This document shows, in pieces, positions 1 through 8,227 of a DNA stretch of 34,171 nt (within the stretch, counting starts at the first letter, position 1; the number at the start of each line of letters is the position of its first letter). A model generated the notes under the pieces. That model saw only the letters and a program-made list of their open reading frames with translations. It searched no databases and was not told the origin of the DNA. The stretch is taken from NCBI GenBank assembly GCA_001275005.1, contig JWZX01002477.1:1-34171 (forward strand), read 5' to 3'. Source of the DNA: Chrysochromulina tobinii (lineage: Eukaryota). Made by a program: the position numbers and the translations under genes.

Positions 1-3000
1 GTTGCGCCGAGAAAGCGCTCGCTGCCCTCAGTGCAAGCGGCGCACGCGCCGGAGCCAGGATCGAGCTGGGTGTTCTCGTCGCACTCGTAGCAGACGTCGA
101 AAACGTCGTCGCGGCGTGAGGACGGAGCAGGGCAGCGGACGCATCCGTTGCCGTAGCGGCTGCGCGCGGTGCCAGGTTCGGAGCACCGGATGAAGGGCAG
201 CACCCGGCTGGGACCGCCATCGTTCCCAAGCAGCACGTCGAGGTCGCCGTCGCCGTCCACGTCCGCCGCCGCGATCGAGCGCGTGTACGCGCTGCCGCCG
301 GGCAGCTCGATGCTCGTCGGGAAGGTGACGTCGCCCGCGTTGAGCAGCACTACGCTGGAACTGCCAACGTTCCCAAGCAGCACGTCGAGGTCGCCGTCGC
401 CGTCCACGTCCGCCGCCGCGATTGAGAACGTGTTCGCGTTGCCGGGTAGGTCAAAGCTCATCGGGAAGGTGCCGTCGCCCGCGTTGAGCAGCACTCGGCT
501 GGGACTGACCGAATTCCCTAGCAGCACGTCGAGGTCACCGTCGCTGTCGACGTCCGCAGCCGCGATCGAACCCGTGTACGCGCTGCCGCCGGGCAGCTCG
601 ATGCTCGTCGGGAAGGTGCCGTCGCCCGCGTTGAGGAGCACTCGGCTGGGACTGCCATCGTTCCCAAGCAGCACGTCGAGGTCGCCGTCGCCGTCCACGT
701 CCGCCGCCGCGATCGAGCGCGTGTACGCGCTGCCGCCGGGCAGCTCGATGCTCGTCGGGAAGGTGCCGTCGCCCGCGTTGAGCAGCACTTCGCTGGCCAA
801 GGAAGTGCCATCGTTCCCAAGCAGCACGTCAAGGTCGCCGTCGCCGTCAACGTCGGCCGCTGCGATCGACCTAGTCAATTTGCCGCCGGGCAGCTCGATG
901 CTCGTCGGGAAGGTGCCGTCGCCCGCGTTGAGCAGCACTCGGCTAGCACGAGCAATGTTCCCAAGCAGCACGTCGAGGTCGCCGTCGCCGTCCACGTCCG
1001 CCGCCGCGATCGACCTCGTGTATGCGCTGCCGCCGGGCAGCTCGATGCTCGTCGGGAAGGTGCCGTCGCCCGCGTTGAGCAGCACTCGGCTGGCACTGTC
1101 ATAGTTCCCAAGCAGCACGTCGAGGTCACCGTCGACGTCGACGTCCGCTGCCGCGATCGAGTACGTTGACGCGTTGCCGCCGGGCAGCTCGATGCTCGTC
1201 GGGAAGGTGCCGTCGCCTGCGTTGAGCAGCACTCGGCTGGCACTGCCAACGTTCCCAAGCAGCACGTCGAGGTCGCCGTCGCAATCTACATCTGCCACCG
1301 CGATAGACCACGTCATACTGGTACCGGGCAGCTCGATGCTCGTCGGGAAGGTGCCGTCGCCAGCGTTGAACAGCACTCGGCTGGCACTGCGATCGTTCCC
1401 AAGCAGCACGTCGAGGTCACCGTCGCCATCAACGTCCGCCACCGCGATCGCGTACGTGTACGCGCTGCCGCTGGGCAGCTCGATGCTCGTCTTCAACGTG
1501 CCGTGCATGTCGATCGCATTGAGGAGCACTCGGCTAGCACTACCGTCGTTCCCGATCAGCACGTCGAGGTCGCCGTCGCCGTCCACGTCCCCCGCCGCGA
1601 TCGAGTACGTTGACGCGCTGCCGCCGGGCAGCTCGATGCTCGTCGGGAAGGTGCCGTCGCCCGCGTTGAGCAGCACTCGGCTGGCAATGCGATAGTTCCC
1701 TAGCAGCACGTCGAGGTCGCCGTCGCCGTCCACGTCCGCCACCGCGATCGAGTACGTTGACGCGCTGCCGCCGGGCAGCTCGATGCTCGTCGGGAAGGTG
1801 CCGTCGCCCGCGTTGAGCAGCACTCGGCTGGGACTGCCGTCATTCCCAAGCAGCACGTCGAGGTCGCCGTCACCGTCCACGTCCGCCGCCGCGATCGACC
1901 TCGTGGACACGCTGCCCCCGGGCAGCTCGATGCTCGTCGGGAAGGTGCCGCCGCCCGCGATGAGCAGCACGCGACTGGGACTGCCATAGTTCCCAAGCAG
2001 CACGTTGAGATCGCCGTCCCCGTCCACGTCTGCCGCCGCGATCGACAACGTGGACGCGCTGCCCCCGGGCAGCTCGATGCTCGTCGGGAAGACACCGTCG
2101 CCCGCGTTGAGCAGCACTCTCGAACTCCCATAGTTCCCAAGCAGCACGTCGAGGTCGCCATCGCCGTCCACGTCCGCCGCCGCGATTGAGCTCGTGGATG
2201 CGATGCCGCCCGGGAGCTCGATGCTCGTCGAGAAGGTGCCGTTGCCCGCGTTGAGCAGCACTCGGCTGGGACTGCCATAGTTCCCAAGTAGCACGTCGAG
2301 GTCGCCGTCCCCGTCCACGTCCGCCGCCGCGACCGACCTCGTGGACGCGCTGCCGCCGGGCAGCTCGATGCTCATCGGGAAGGTGCCGTCGCCCGCGTTG
2401 AGCAACACGACACTGGGACTGTTATTGTTCCCAAGCAGCACGTCGAGGTCGCCGTCCCCGTCCACGTCCGCCGCCGCGATCGACAACGTGGACGGGTTGC
2501 CCCCGGGCAGCTCGATGCTCACCGGGAAGGTGCCGTCGCCCGCGTTGAGCAGCACGCGGCTGGGACTGCCGTCGTTCCCAAGCAGCACGTCGAGGTCGCC
2601 GTCCCCGTCCACGTCCGCCGCCGCGATCGACAACGTGGACGCGTTGCCCCCTGGCAGCTCGATGCTCGTCGGGAAGGTGCCGTCGCCCGCATTGAGCAAC
2701 ACGCAGCTGGGACTGTTATTGTTCCCAAGCAGCACGTCAAGGTCGCCGTCCCCGTCCACGTCCGCCGCCGCGATCGAGAACGTGAACTGATTGCCGCCGG
2801 GCAACTCGATGCTCGTCTTGAAGGTGCCGTCGCCCGCGTTGAGGAGCACTCGGCTGGGACTGTCGCCCATCCCAAGCAGCACGTCGAGGTCGCCATCGCC
2901 GTCCACGTCCGCCGCCGCGATCGACCTCGTGGACTCGCTGCTGCCGGGCAGCAGCACCAGGCTTTGTCCCACAAACTTCAGCACTGCTTCGTCACTGCCC

Positions 3001-3290
3001 AGCAGCTCGTTCCCCATCCTCGCCAACGGCTTGGGGAAGCGCAGGCACCCCGGCTCGGAGGACAACGAGCATGCCGGCGGCAAGAGAGCAGCCCGAACTC
3101 CTGGTGCAGGCTTGGGACGGGCCGGCGTGGGCAGCATCACAACGCAGCCGACCCGCGCTCGTGCCGAGCAGTTGGGTGGTGCGAACACTGTCGGCTGACC
3201 GCCCGGCTGGAGTCCCTGCGCATAGTCCCGTGGGGGAGGGTAGCGCCTGCGGCCTTGGCGGTCGATGTGCCAGCCTGTGAGCATCGACAT
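1..3290 (-). CDS. FG-GAP/VCBS (integrin-alpha-type) beta-propeller repeat protein with 19 blades followed by a Cys-rich region; 3'-partial (runs off the left edge)
   Basis: Hand translation of the minus frame is stop-free from 3443 to the window edge. Repeat consensus SIAAADVDGDGDLDVLLGNxxSxSRVLLNAGDGTFPTSIELPGGxxxTx carries the DxDGDGxxD Ca-binding loop. After the repeats: RCSEPGTARSRYGNGCVRCPAPSSRRDDVFDVCYECDENTQLDPGSGACAACTEG (CxxC pairs). In-frame ATGs at 3290, 3284, 3137 and 3017; the true start and any 5' exon are uncertain and no clear signal peptide is seen. Confidence 0.88.
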   Translation of the reverse strand, partial: MSMLTGWHIDRQGRRRYPPPRDYAQGLQPGGQPTVFAPPNCSARARVGCVVMLPTPARPKPAPGVRAALLPPACSLSSEPGCLRFPKPLARMGNELLGSDEAVLKFVGQSLVLLPGSSESTRSIAAADVDGDGDLDVLLGMGDSPSRVLLNAGDGTFKTSIELPGGNQFTFSIAAADVDGDGDLDVLLGNNNSPSCVLLNAGDGTFPTSIELPGGNASTLSIAAADVDGDGDLDVLLGNDGSPSRVLLNAGDGTFPVSIELPGGNPSTLSIAAADVDGDGDLDVLLGNNNSPSVVLLNAGDGTFPMSIELPGGSASTRSVAAADVDGDGDLDVLLGNYGSPSRVLLNAGNGTFSTSIELPGGIASTSSIAAADVDGDGDLDVLLGNYGSSRVLLNAGDGVFPTSIELPGGSASTLSIAAADVDGDGDLNVLLGNYGSPSRVLLIAGGGTFPTSIELPGGSVSTRSIAAADVDGDGDLDVLLGNDGSPSRVLLNAGDGTFPTSIELPGGSASTYSIAVADVDGDGDLDVLLGNYRIASRVLLNAGDGTFPTSIELPGGSASTYSIAAGDVDGDGDLDVLIGNDGSASRVLLNAIDMHGTLKTSIELPSGSAYTYAIAVADVDGDGDLDVLLGNDRSASRVLFNAGDGTFPTSIELPGTSMTWSIAVADVDCDGDLDVLLGNVGSASRVLLNAGDGTFPTSIELPGGNASTYSIAAADVDVDGDLDVLLGNYDSASRVLLNAGDGTFPTSIELPGGSAYTRSIAAADVDGDGDLDVLLGNIARASRVLLNAGDGTFPTSIELPGGKLTRSIAAADVDGDGDLDVLLGNDGTSLASEVLLNAGDGTFPTSIELPGGSAYTRSIAAADVDGDGDLDVLLGNDGSPSRVLLNAGDGTFPTSIELPGGSAYTGSIAAADVDSDGDLDVLLGNSVSPSRVLLNAGDGTFPMSFDLPGNANTFSIAAADVDGDGDLDVLLGNVGSSSVVLLNAGDVTFPTSIELPGGSAYTRSIAAADVDGDGDLDVLLGNDGGPSRVLPFIRCSEPGTARSRYGNGCVRCPAPSSRRDDVFDVCYECDENTQLDPGSGACAACTEGSERFLGA
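200..2950 (-). repeat. Coding tandem array of 19 units of ~144-153 bp (mostly 147 bp / 49 aa)
   Basis: Anchor AGCACGTCGAGGTC (or close variant) at about 232, 379, 523, 670, 823, 967, 1114, 1261, 1405, 1558, 1705, 1852, 1999, 2143, 2290, 2437, 2584, 2731 and 2878; all length changes are multiples of 3. Confidence 0.95.
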
Positions 3291-3975
3291 GAAAATAGGG
3301 ATGGGATTATATCGGGTGCTCTGGTCGGAGTTCGAGGCCCAAGGGAGATCTGGGTGGGATCTAAGTGGGATCCAGTGGAAACCTGCGGAAGCCTTCTCAA
3401 ACCATCTTCGACCCGGGGCCGCCTGCGGGATCTTAGAGTTCCTTCAAAATCGTCTTCTCACTGGCCCGCGCGCCATCGACGATTCAACTTTGGAAAGTTG
3501 AAGTGTCATAGGTAATTTCTGAGTTTAGTGTGTTATTAAGATGTCACTACGACCCAGAGAACCCGACACTACCGGGTTCCCGATACCGGGTTTGCGAGAA
3601 TTGTACGACATTTCAAGTTGTGAGCAGGATACGGCGTGCTCTGAGGCGACTTAGCCTGCCTTTTAGATTGGCTATTGAAAAACTTAAGAGAGAAACCGGT
3701 TAGTTAACCTCGGTTTCCTTATGAGGTTGGACATGAAGCGATCTGGACTTTATCAATTGTAAAATGATCTGATATGAAAAGTGCCAAACACGGCGCGTCG
3801 CCACTCTCCAGTATGGGGTCGGGTCGGAGGGGGTCGGATCGCGGGATGTGATATGAAAATTGGGCTCTGAGGTCGAGGTCGGACCGGGTCGGATCGAGTC
3901 TGGAGAAAGTCCAGGAAATTCAGTGTCATTTTCTCAACAATTTCTCAAAACACACACCCCCCCCCTCCGACCTCA

Positions 3976-4468
3976 CCGACCTCATAGACCGACCTCCGAG
4001 GTCAACCTCAAACTTTAGGGTTAGGGTTAGGGTTAGGGTTAAGGTTAGCGTGAGAGTCGACGTGTCACACTGGAGTGTCTGACACTGAAAGTGCGCGAAA
4101 AGTTTCGTCGAAGTTTCGTCACTGACAACACTAAGTTTCGTCATCTCTTTATTAGGCAATCAGTGGGTTTCGTCAGTCAGTCTACCGGTCGTAAACCTCC
4201 GTACGATATACCCCCCAGGAAAATGTTGCCGACCCCCTAGCTGACCTCCGAGGTCAAGCCCCAACTTCCGCCACACCCCCCCGAGCCAAGGTTTGAGAGT
4301 CGAAGGGTCACACTGGAGTGTCAGACACTGAAAGTGCGGGAAAAGGTTCGTCGAAGTTTCGTCACTGACCTCGCAGGGTTTCGTCATCTCTTTATTAGAC
4401 AACCAGGGGGTTTCGTCACTTCGATTCGTCACTAGGGCTACCGGTACGCAATCTCCGTAGGCGATATA
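3976..4468. repeat. Two diverged tandem ~250-bp non-coding units rich in palindromes and TTTCGTCA motifs
   Basis: Unit A (~3976-4210) and unit B (~4229-4468) share GACCTCCGAGGTCAA, TGAGAGTCGA..GTCACACTGGAGTGTCwGACACTGAAAGTGCG, GAAGTTTCGTCACTGAC, TTTCGTCATCTCTTTATTAG, CTACCGGT and CGATATA in the same order. Confidence 0.9.
4015..4050 (+). repeat. Interstitial telomere-type repeat (TTAGGG)4 plus two degenerate units
   Basis: TTAGGG x4 (4015-4038), then TTAAGG and TTAGCG. Confidence 0.9.
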
Positions 4469-4469
4469 G

Positions 4470-4630
4470 GTGGGAATGAGTGGGATCCGGTGGGATCTAC
4501 GCTAGGTGCGATCCAGTGGGATCCGGTGGGATCCGGTGGGATTGAGCCCAGTATTTGATTGGGATCACGGATCTGATTGGGATCTGAGTGGGACCGCGGG
4601 ACCGCGTGGGACGCTGCAAGCTCGGGACCG
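4470..4630 (+). repeat. Degenerate GTGGGATC minisatellite (~10-nt period); shorter cluster also at 3345-3378
   Basis: Multiple GTGGGATCC/GTGGGATCT/TTGGGATC/GGGACCG units. Confidence 0.8.
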
Positions 4631-4986
4631 CGGCCGGTAGGGTTTAAAAGTCGCCCGCCCGTACCGGTGTCGGTTCCCCAACGTGCAACGAAGTTCGAGT
4701 GGCACTCGTGTATGACTGTGAATTCATCGTGTACCGCACGCGCTCGCTCTCAAATGCCGCACTTTCTACTTTGCCATCGCACCAGGTGTCCTCTCCACTG
4801 CTCCATGCACGTCCCACGCCGCACACATGCCTCCACCTGCCCACCGCCGACTCACAGCACGCGACTGAGCACTGATGACCACTCATGCGCCACGTATCAC
4901 ACGGACCCGCCATTCCCTGTACGCTCACTCCAAACGCGCCTACCGGTACCTGCCGAGGAGACCCCCGCACGTAGTAGAGGGCACGC

Positions 4987-7623
4987 TCAGCCCACCGACA
5001 TGGGTTTGCGACCGACGCTGGAGCTCCTGTGAAGGTGAATCTTCGGGCTGCCCGACATTCCGGGCATCCCTTTCATCCGATCGTCGAGTGAGCCGCCCGC
5101 CCCCAATTCAGTCGCGTCGAGGGGCGGCAGCCGCGCCGCGCTCGAGCGCGGGCCATCGATGGGCACGTAAGCATTGCGAGGGCGCGGCGTCGGAGGCAAC
5201 AATCCGGTGGTCGCTAGGAGCTTTCGAGGCGAAGGAATCGTGTCTTCGAGCGTCTTGCGGTGCTTGCGATGGGCATTCTCGTGCATCGCGCGCGTCTGCT
5301 GCACCATGTGCTCAAAGTGCTGGTGGAAGAAGGTCGACTTGAGCTGGCCGAGCTCCTTCATCCCACGAAGGGATTCGGCGCGAAGCGTGTCGAAAAATTC
5401 CTTCCGGGGGATCACAAGAAGTTCGAGCTGCGTAATCGGCTCGAGGCACCAACGGGCGCCGGCCTCCTTGAAGAGATTGTCTGAGATGCACTCGCCTGGC
5501 CCAAGCGTCGCCACGGGCAGCGAGCTGGCGCCCAAGTGGGCCCTGACGGCGTGCGCGGCTGGGGGAACCGCGTCGACGAGTGGGCCGTACTCGGACGACG
5601 GCACGGAGATGGGCGGCGGTTTGGTGGCGTGCATCTCTGGGTTGGCGCCGGCGACAAGACGCGCCTCACCCGAGAAGATGAGGTACACGTAATCGTACGA
5701 GAACGAGGAGGAGGTCAGCGAGGGCTCGGGCGGGTGCGCGAGGCACATTTGGCCGCGCATGAACGTCCTCTTCTGCGCGCTGTTCGAGAGCCCGTGGATC
5801 GCGGCCACCGAGATGCCGTCCGTCATCGAGAGAGACCCGAGGAAATCGATGAGCCGGCCGCGCTCCGAGGTGCGATCTGCCTTGAGGATGCGGTCGAAGT
5901 CCGCGCGGTCGATCTCCATGAGCTCCATTGGCTCGGTAGTGATCGCCGTCACGAGCCAAATCGGATTCTCCAGCAGGAGCTCCTCCTCGCCGATGGCATC
6001 GCCCGCGCGCAGTACGCTGGTGGGCTTCAGGCCGGCGAACGCGTCGATGCCCTGCTGCCGTCGGCGCAGGTCCGAGTTCGACGACTTCTCGGTGAACGCC
6101 GACATGGCAAGCGAGGTCATCCGCCGGCGCGGCTCATGGGCGAATGTGTTGCACTTGCCTGAGATGATCACGTACAGGCACGAGGCGGCAATGCCCTTGC
6201 GCACGAGCATCGAGCTCTCGTTCACCTTGCGGTAGCGCATCACGCGGCAGAGCTCGAGGTGCGTGTGCGACGTGAGGGAGCTCAGGTGATGCAGGTGCGA
6301 GGTACGCTGCTGCAAGATCTGCAGGTCTTCGCGCGTGCGTTGGTGGGGCTCCTTGGTACAGGCCGCATTGTACCGTGCGTTCTCCGAGATGAGATGCAAT
6401 GTGCCGCGGTCGAGGTCGAGGAAGTCCTTTTTGCTGAGAATGAGGAGCTCGACGTTGTCGCTCGAGCGCACCGTCGCCATGCGCTTCACGCCGTCCTTAA
6501 AGAGAGCGATCTCTCCCACGATCGCGCCAGGCCGCAGCGTCACAATGTGGCGCATGTTCGCACGCACAACGGTCGACTGCCCCGTCTCGATCGCCTTGAG
6601 CGTGGCCAGCCCGGCCTTCCTCATCAACGCAAACGGGTTCTTCTTCTTGGGAGGCGAAACCTCACCCTCCCTCCTCTCCTCCTCCTTGACGAGCACATCA
6701 CACCGCCCGCTGCGGATGATGAAGCAAAAGTTGGCCTCGTCGCCCTGGCTGACGATGTCCGTCTCGGGCGCATACTTGCGTCGATCGAACCAATAGTTCA
6801 AGCGCGCGATCGACTGGTCCGACCACGACGCGAAAAAGGGCGTCGCCTTCAGCATCGTCACCGTCTCCGTCATCTCCTTCTCCATCATGCGACGCAAGAT
6901 GTAGGCGTAGTCCGACTTGAGAATGATCAGTACCGAGGCGCCTTCCTCGCCGCACGTCGCCGTGTAGCCGTATAAGCGGTACTGCATCACGAGCGGGAAG
7001 TGGTGGAAGCTCTTACCCATCCGCATGTCGGTCTTGCGCGTCTGGCTGCCGCCTGCACCCTTGCTCGCCTCCTGATGGGACACTTGCGGCTCCTCGATTG
7101 TCACCGAGCCTCGGAGCACGATGAAGAAGCAGGCGGCCTCCTCATCCTTGTCGCACAGCGTCGTGCCCGGCTTGAAGTGATGATACAGGCAGTTGCGTGC
7201 AAGATCGTTCTGCTGTTCTTCCGTGAGGGAATGGACAAACTCTGGGGCGCTCAAGCCAAGAGCACTAACGATGCCATCGATGTGGGCCGTCTCGCGCTCG
7301 TCCGGCGGCGTGCTGAGCGCATCAATCGCTGCCTGCGGCTCCAGCAGGTCTTTGGGCGGCTCCACGAAGGGCTCGTTGCTGTCGGGGTCCTCCAGCATTC
7401 GATCGCGAATATATTTGAGCTCGTCCTCCTTGGCCTGTGCCCGGGTCTTCATGGCGAGCAGCGCGGGTTTCCCATCGGTCTTGGCGGTCAGCAAGCTCGT
7501 GGGCTTCGCCACGGCCGGGGCCTTGGCTCGTAGAAGTGCCGGCGACGAGCCGGGCGAGCCGAGCGTCTTCTTATGATCCTCCTCCTCGTCAGCCTGTTCT
7601 GGAGCCATACCAGGGACGCCCAT
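4987..7623 (-). CDS. Cyclic-nucleotide-binding (cNMP/CAP_ED) protein with four tandem CNB domains and no catalytic domain, ~878 aa
   Basis: Four CNB-like segments (FFIVLRGSV, CFIIRSGRC, LYVIISGKC, VYLIFSGEA); phosphate-binding cassette GAIVGEIALFKDGVKRMATVRS in domain 2. First ATG at 7623 (alternative 7608); the ORF-track start is GTG. Confidence 0.85.
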   Translation of the reverse strand: MGVPGMAPEQADEEEDHKKTLGSPGSSPALLRAKAPAVAKPTSLLTAKTDGKPALLAMKTRAQAKEDELKYIRDRMLEDPDSNEPFVEPPKDLLEPQAAIDALSTPPDERETAHIDGIVSALGLSAPEFVHSLTEEQQNDLARNCLYHHFKPGTTLCDKDEEAACFFIVLRGSVTIEEPQVSHQEASKGAGGSQTRKTDMRMGKSFHHFPLVMQYRLYGYTATCGEEGASVLIILKSDYAYILRRMMEKEMTETVTMLKATPFFASWSDQSIARLNYWFDRRKYAPETDIVSQGDEANFCFIIRSGRCDVLVKEEERREGEVSPPKKKNPFALMRKAGLATLKAIETGQSTVVRANMRHIVTLRPGAIVGEIALFKDGVKRMATVRSSDNVELLILSKKDFLDLDRGTLHLISENARYNAACTKEPHQRTREDLQILQQRTSHLHHLSSLTSHTHLELCRVMRYRKVNESSMLVRKGIAASCLYVIISGKCNTFAHEPRRRMTSLAMSAFTEKSSNSDLRRRQQGIDAFAGLKPTSVLRAGDAIGEEELLLENPIWLVTAITTEPMELMEIDRADFDRILKADRTSERGRLIDFLGSLSMTDGISVAAIHGLSNSAQKRTFMRGQMCLAHPPEPSLTSSSFSYDYVYLIFSGEARLVAGANPEMHATKPPPISVPSSEYGPLVDAVPPAAHAVRAHLGASSLPVATLGPGECISDNLFKEAGARWCLEPITQLELLVIPRKEFFDTLRAESLRGMKELGQLKSTFFHQHFEHMVQQTRAMHENAHRKHRKTLEDTIPSPRKLLATTGLLPPTPRPRNAYVPIDGPRSSAARLPPLDATELGAGGSLDDRMKGMPGMSGSPKIHLHRSSSVGRKPMSVG

Positions 7624-8227
7624 CCGCAACGAAGCGCCCACGGACGTCGGCGAAACGGGGAGCCTTTTCTAAATCTGTTTCTGCGGATTCTGTGGATTCT
7701 GTTCAAATGTGTTCGATACCGCGCGCTGAGAGCTTGAGTGCTCGACTTGAGTGCTTGCGTGCTTGCTTGAGTGCAGCGCGCGCGCGCGTGAGTCTGAGTG
7801 AGGATAGATAGGGATCCTACATCCTACAACCCCTGAGTTTTGGGGGGGGGTGAACTATCATGCGGGCACTTTCTGCTCTCTCTGCACTCTGGTGCTCGCT
7901 CACCTGGGGCCGATTCCGGCCGAAGACAAATTCGGCAAATAGCGCACGGCAAGCCTCAGGAAGGTAACTTAGGAAGGAAATGTCTGATGTGCGTGTGGAA
8001 GTGCGCCAACAAGCAACATGGGAACATCTCAGTCATCACACAAGTGACCGGACAAAGAATGCTGCGATCCAATGACGCGTGACATGCGATCATGACACTC
8101 AAAGTCGCAACAAGTCAACATGCGAAAACTAAGTTCGCAACTCACACGCCGCAGCTCACACAGTCGAGCCTCTGCGCTCTGCCTCTGGCTCCAAGTCCGC
8201 GCCAAAACAAGCCAAAGGATCCTTCAT

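Noticed and set aside
200..2950. Array as CRISPR-like repeat-spacer or DGR-type template
   Set aside because: The units are in-frame protein repeats with only ~15-20-nt variable parts; no cas or reverse transcriptase gene is present and the context is eukaryotic.
169..3198. Plus-strand Ser/Pro-rich ORFs (PSSTSRSPSPST..) and minus-strand CCSTRATAP ORFs in the track
   Set aside because: They are antisense and off-frame shadows of the FG-GAP gene and are broken by stops, whereas the FG-GAP frame is continuous.
4015..4050. True chromosome end
   Set aside because: Only four perfect units, with genes on both sides.
4095..4432. Hammerhead ribozymes (GACGAAAC on the minus strand, next to telomere repeats, as in Penelope-like elements)
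   Set aside because: I found no CUGANGA core with a closing stem II upstream of the GAAA motifs; an Infernal or RNAMotif search would settle it.
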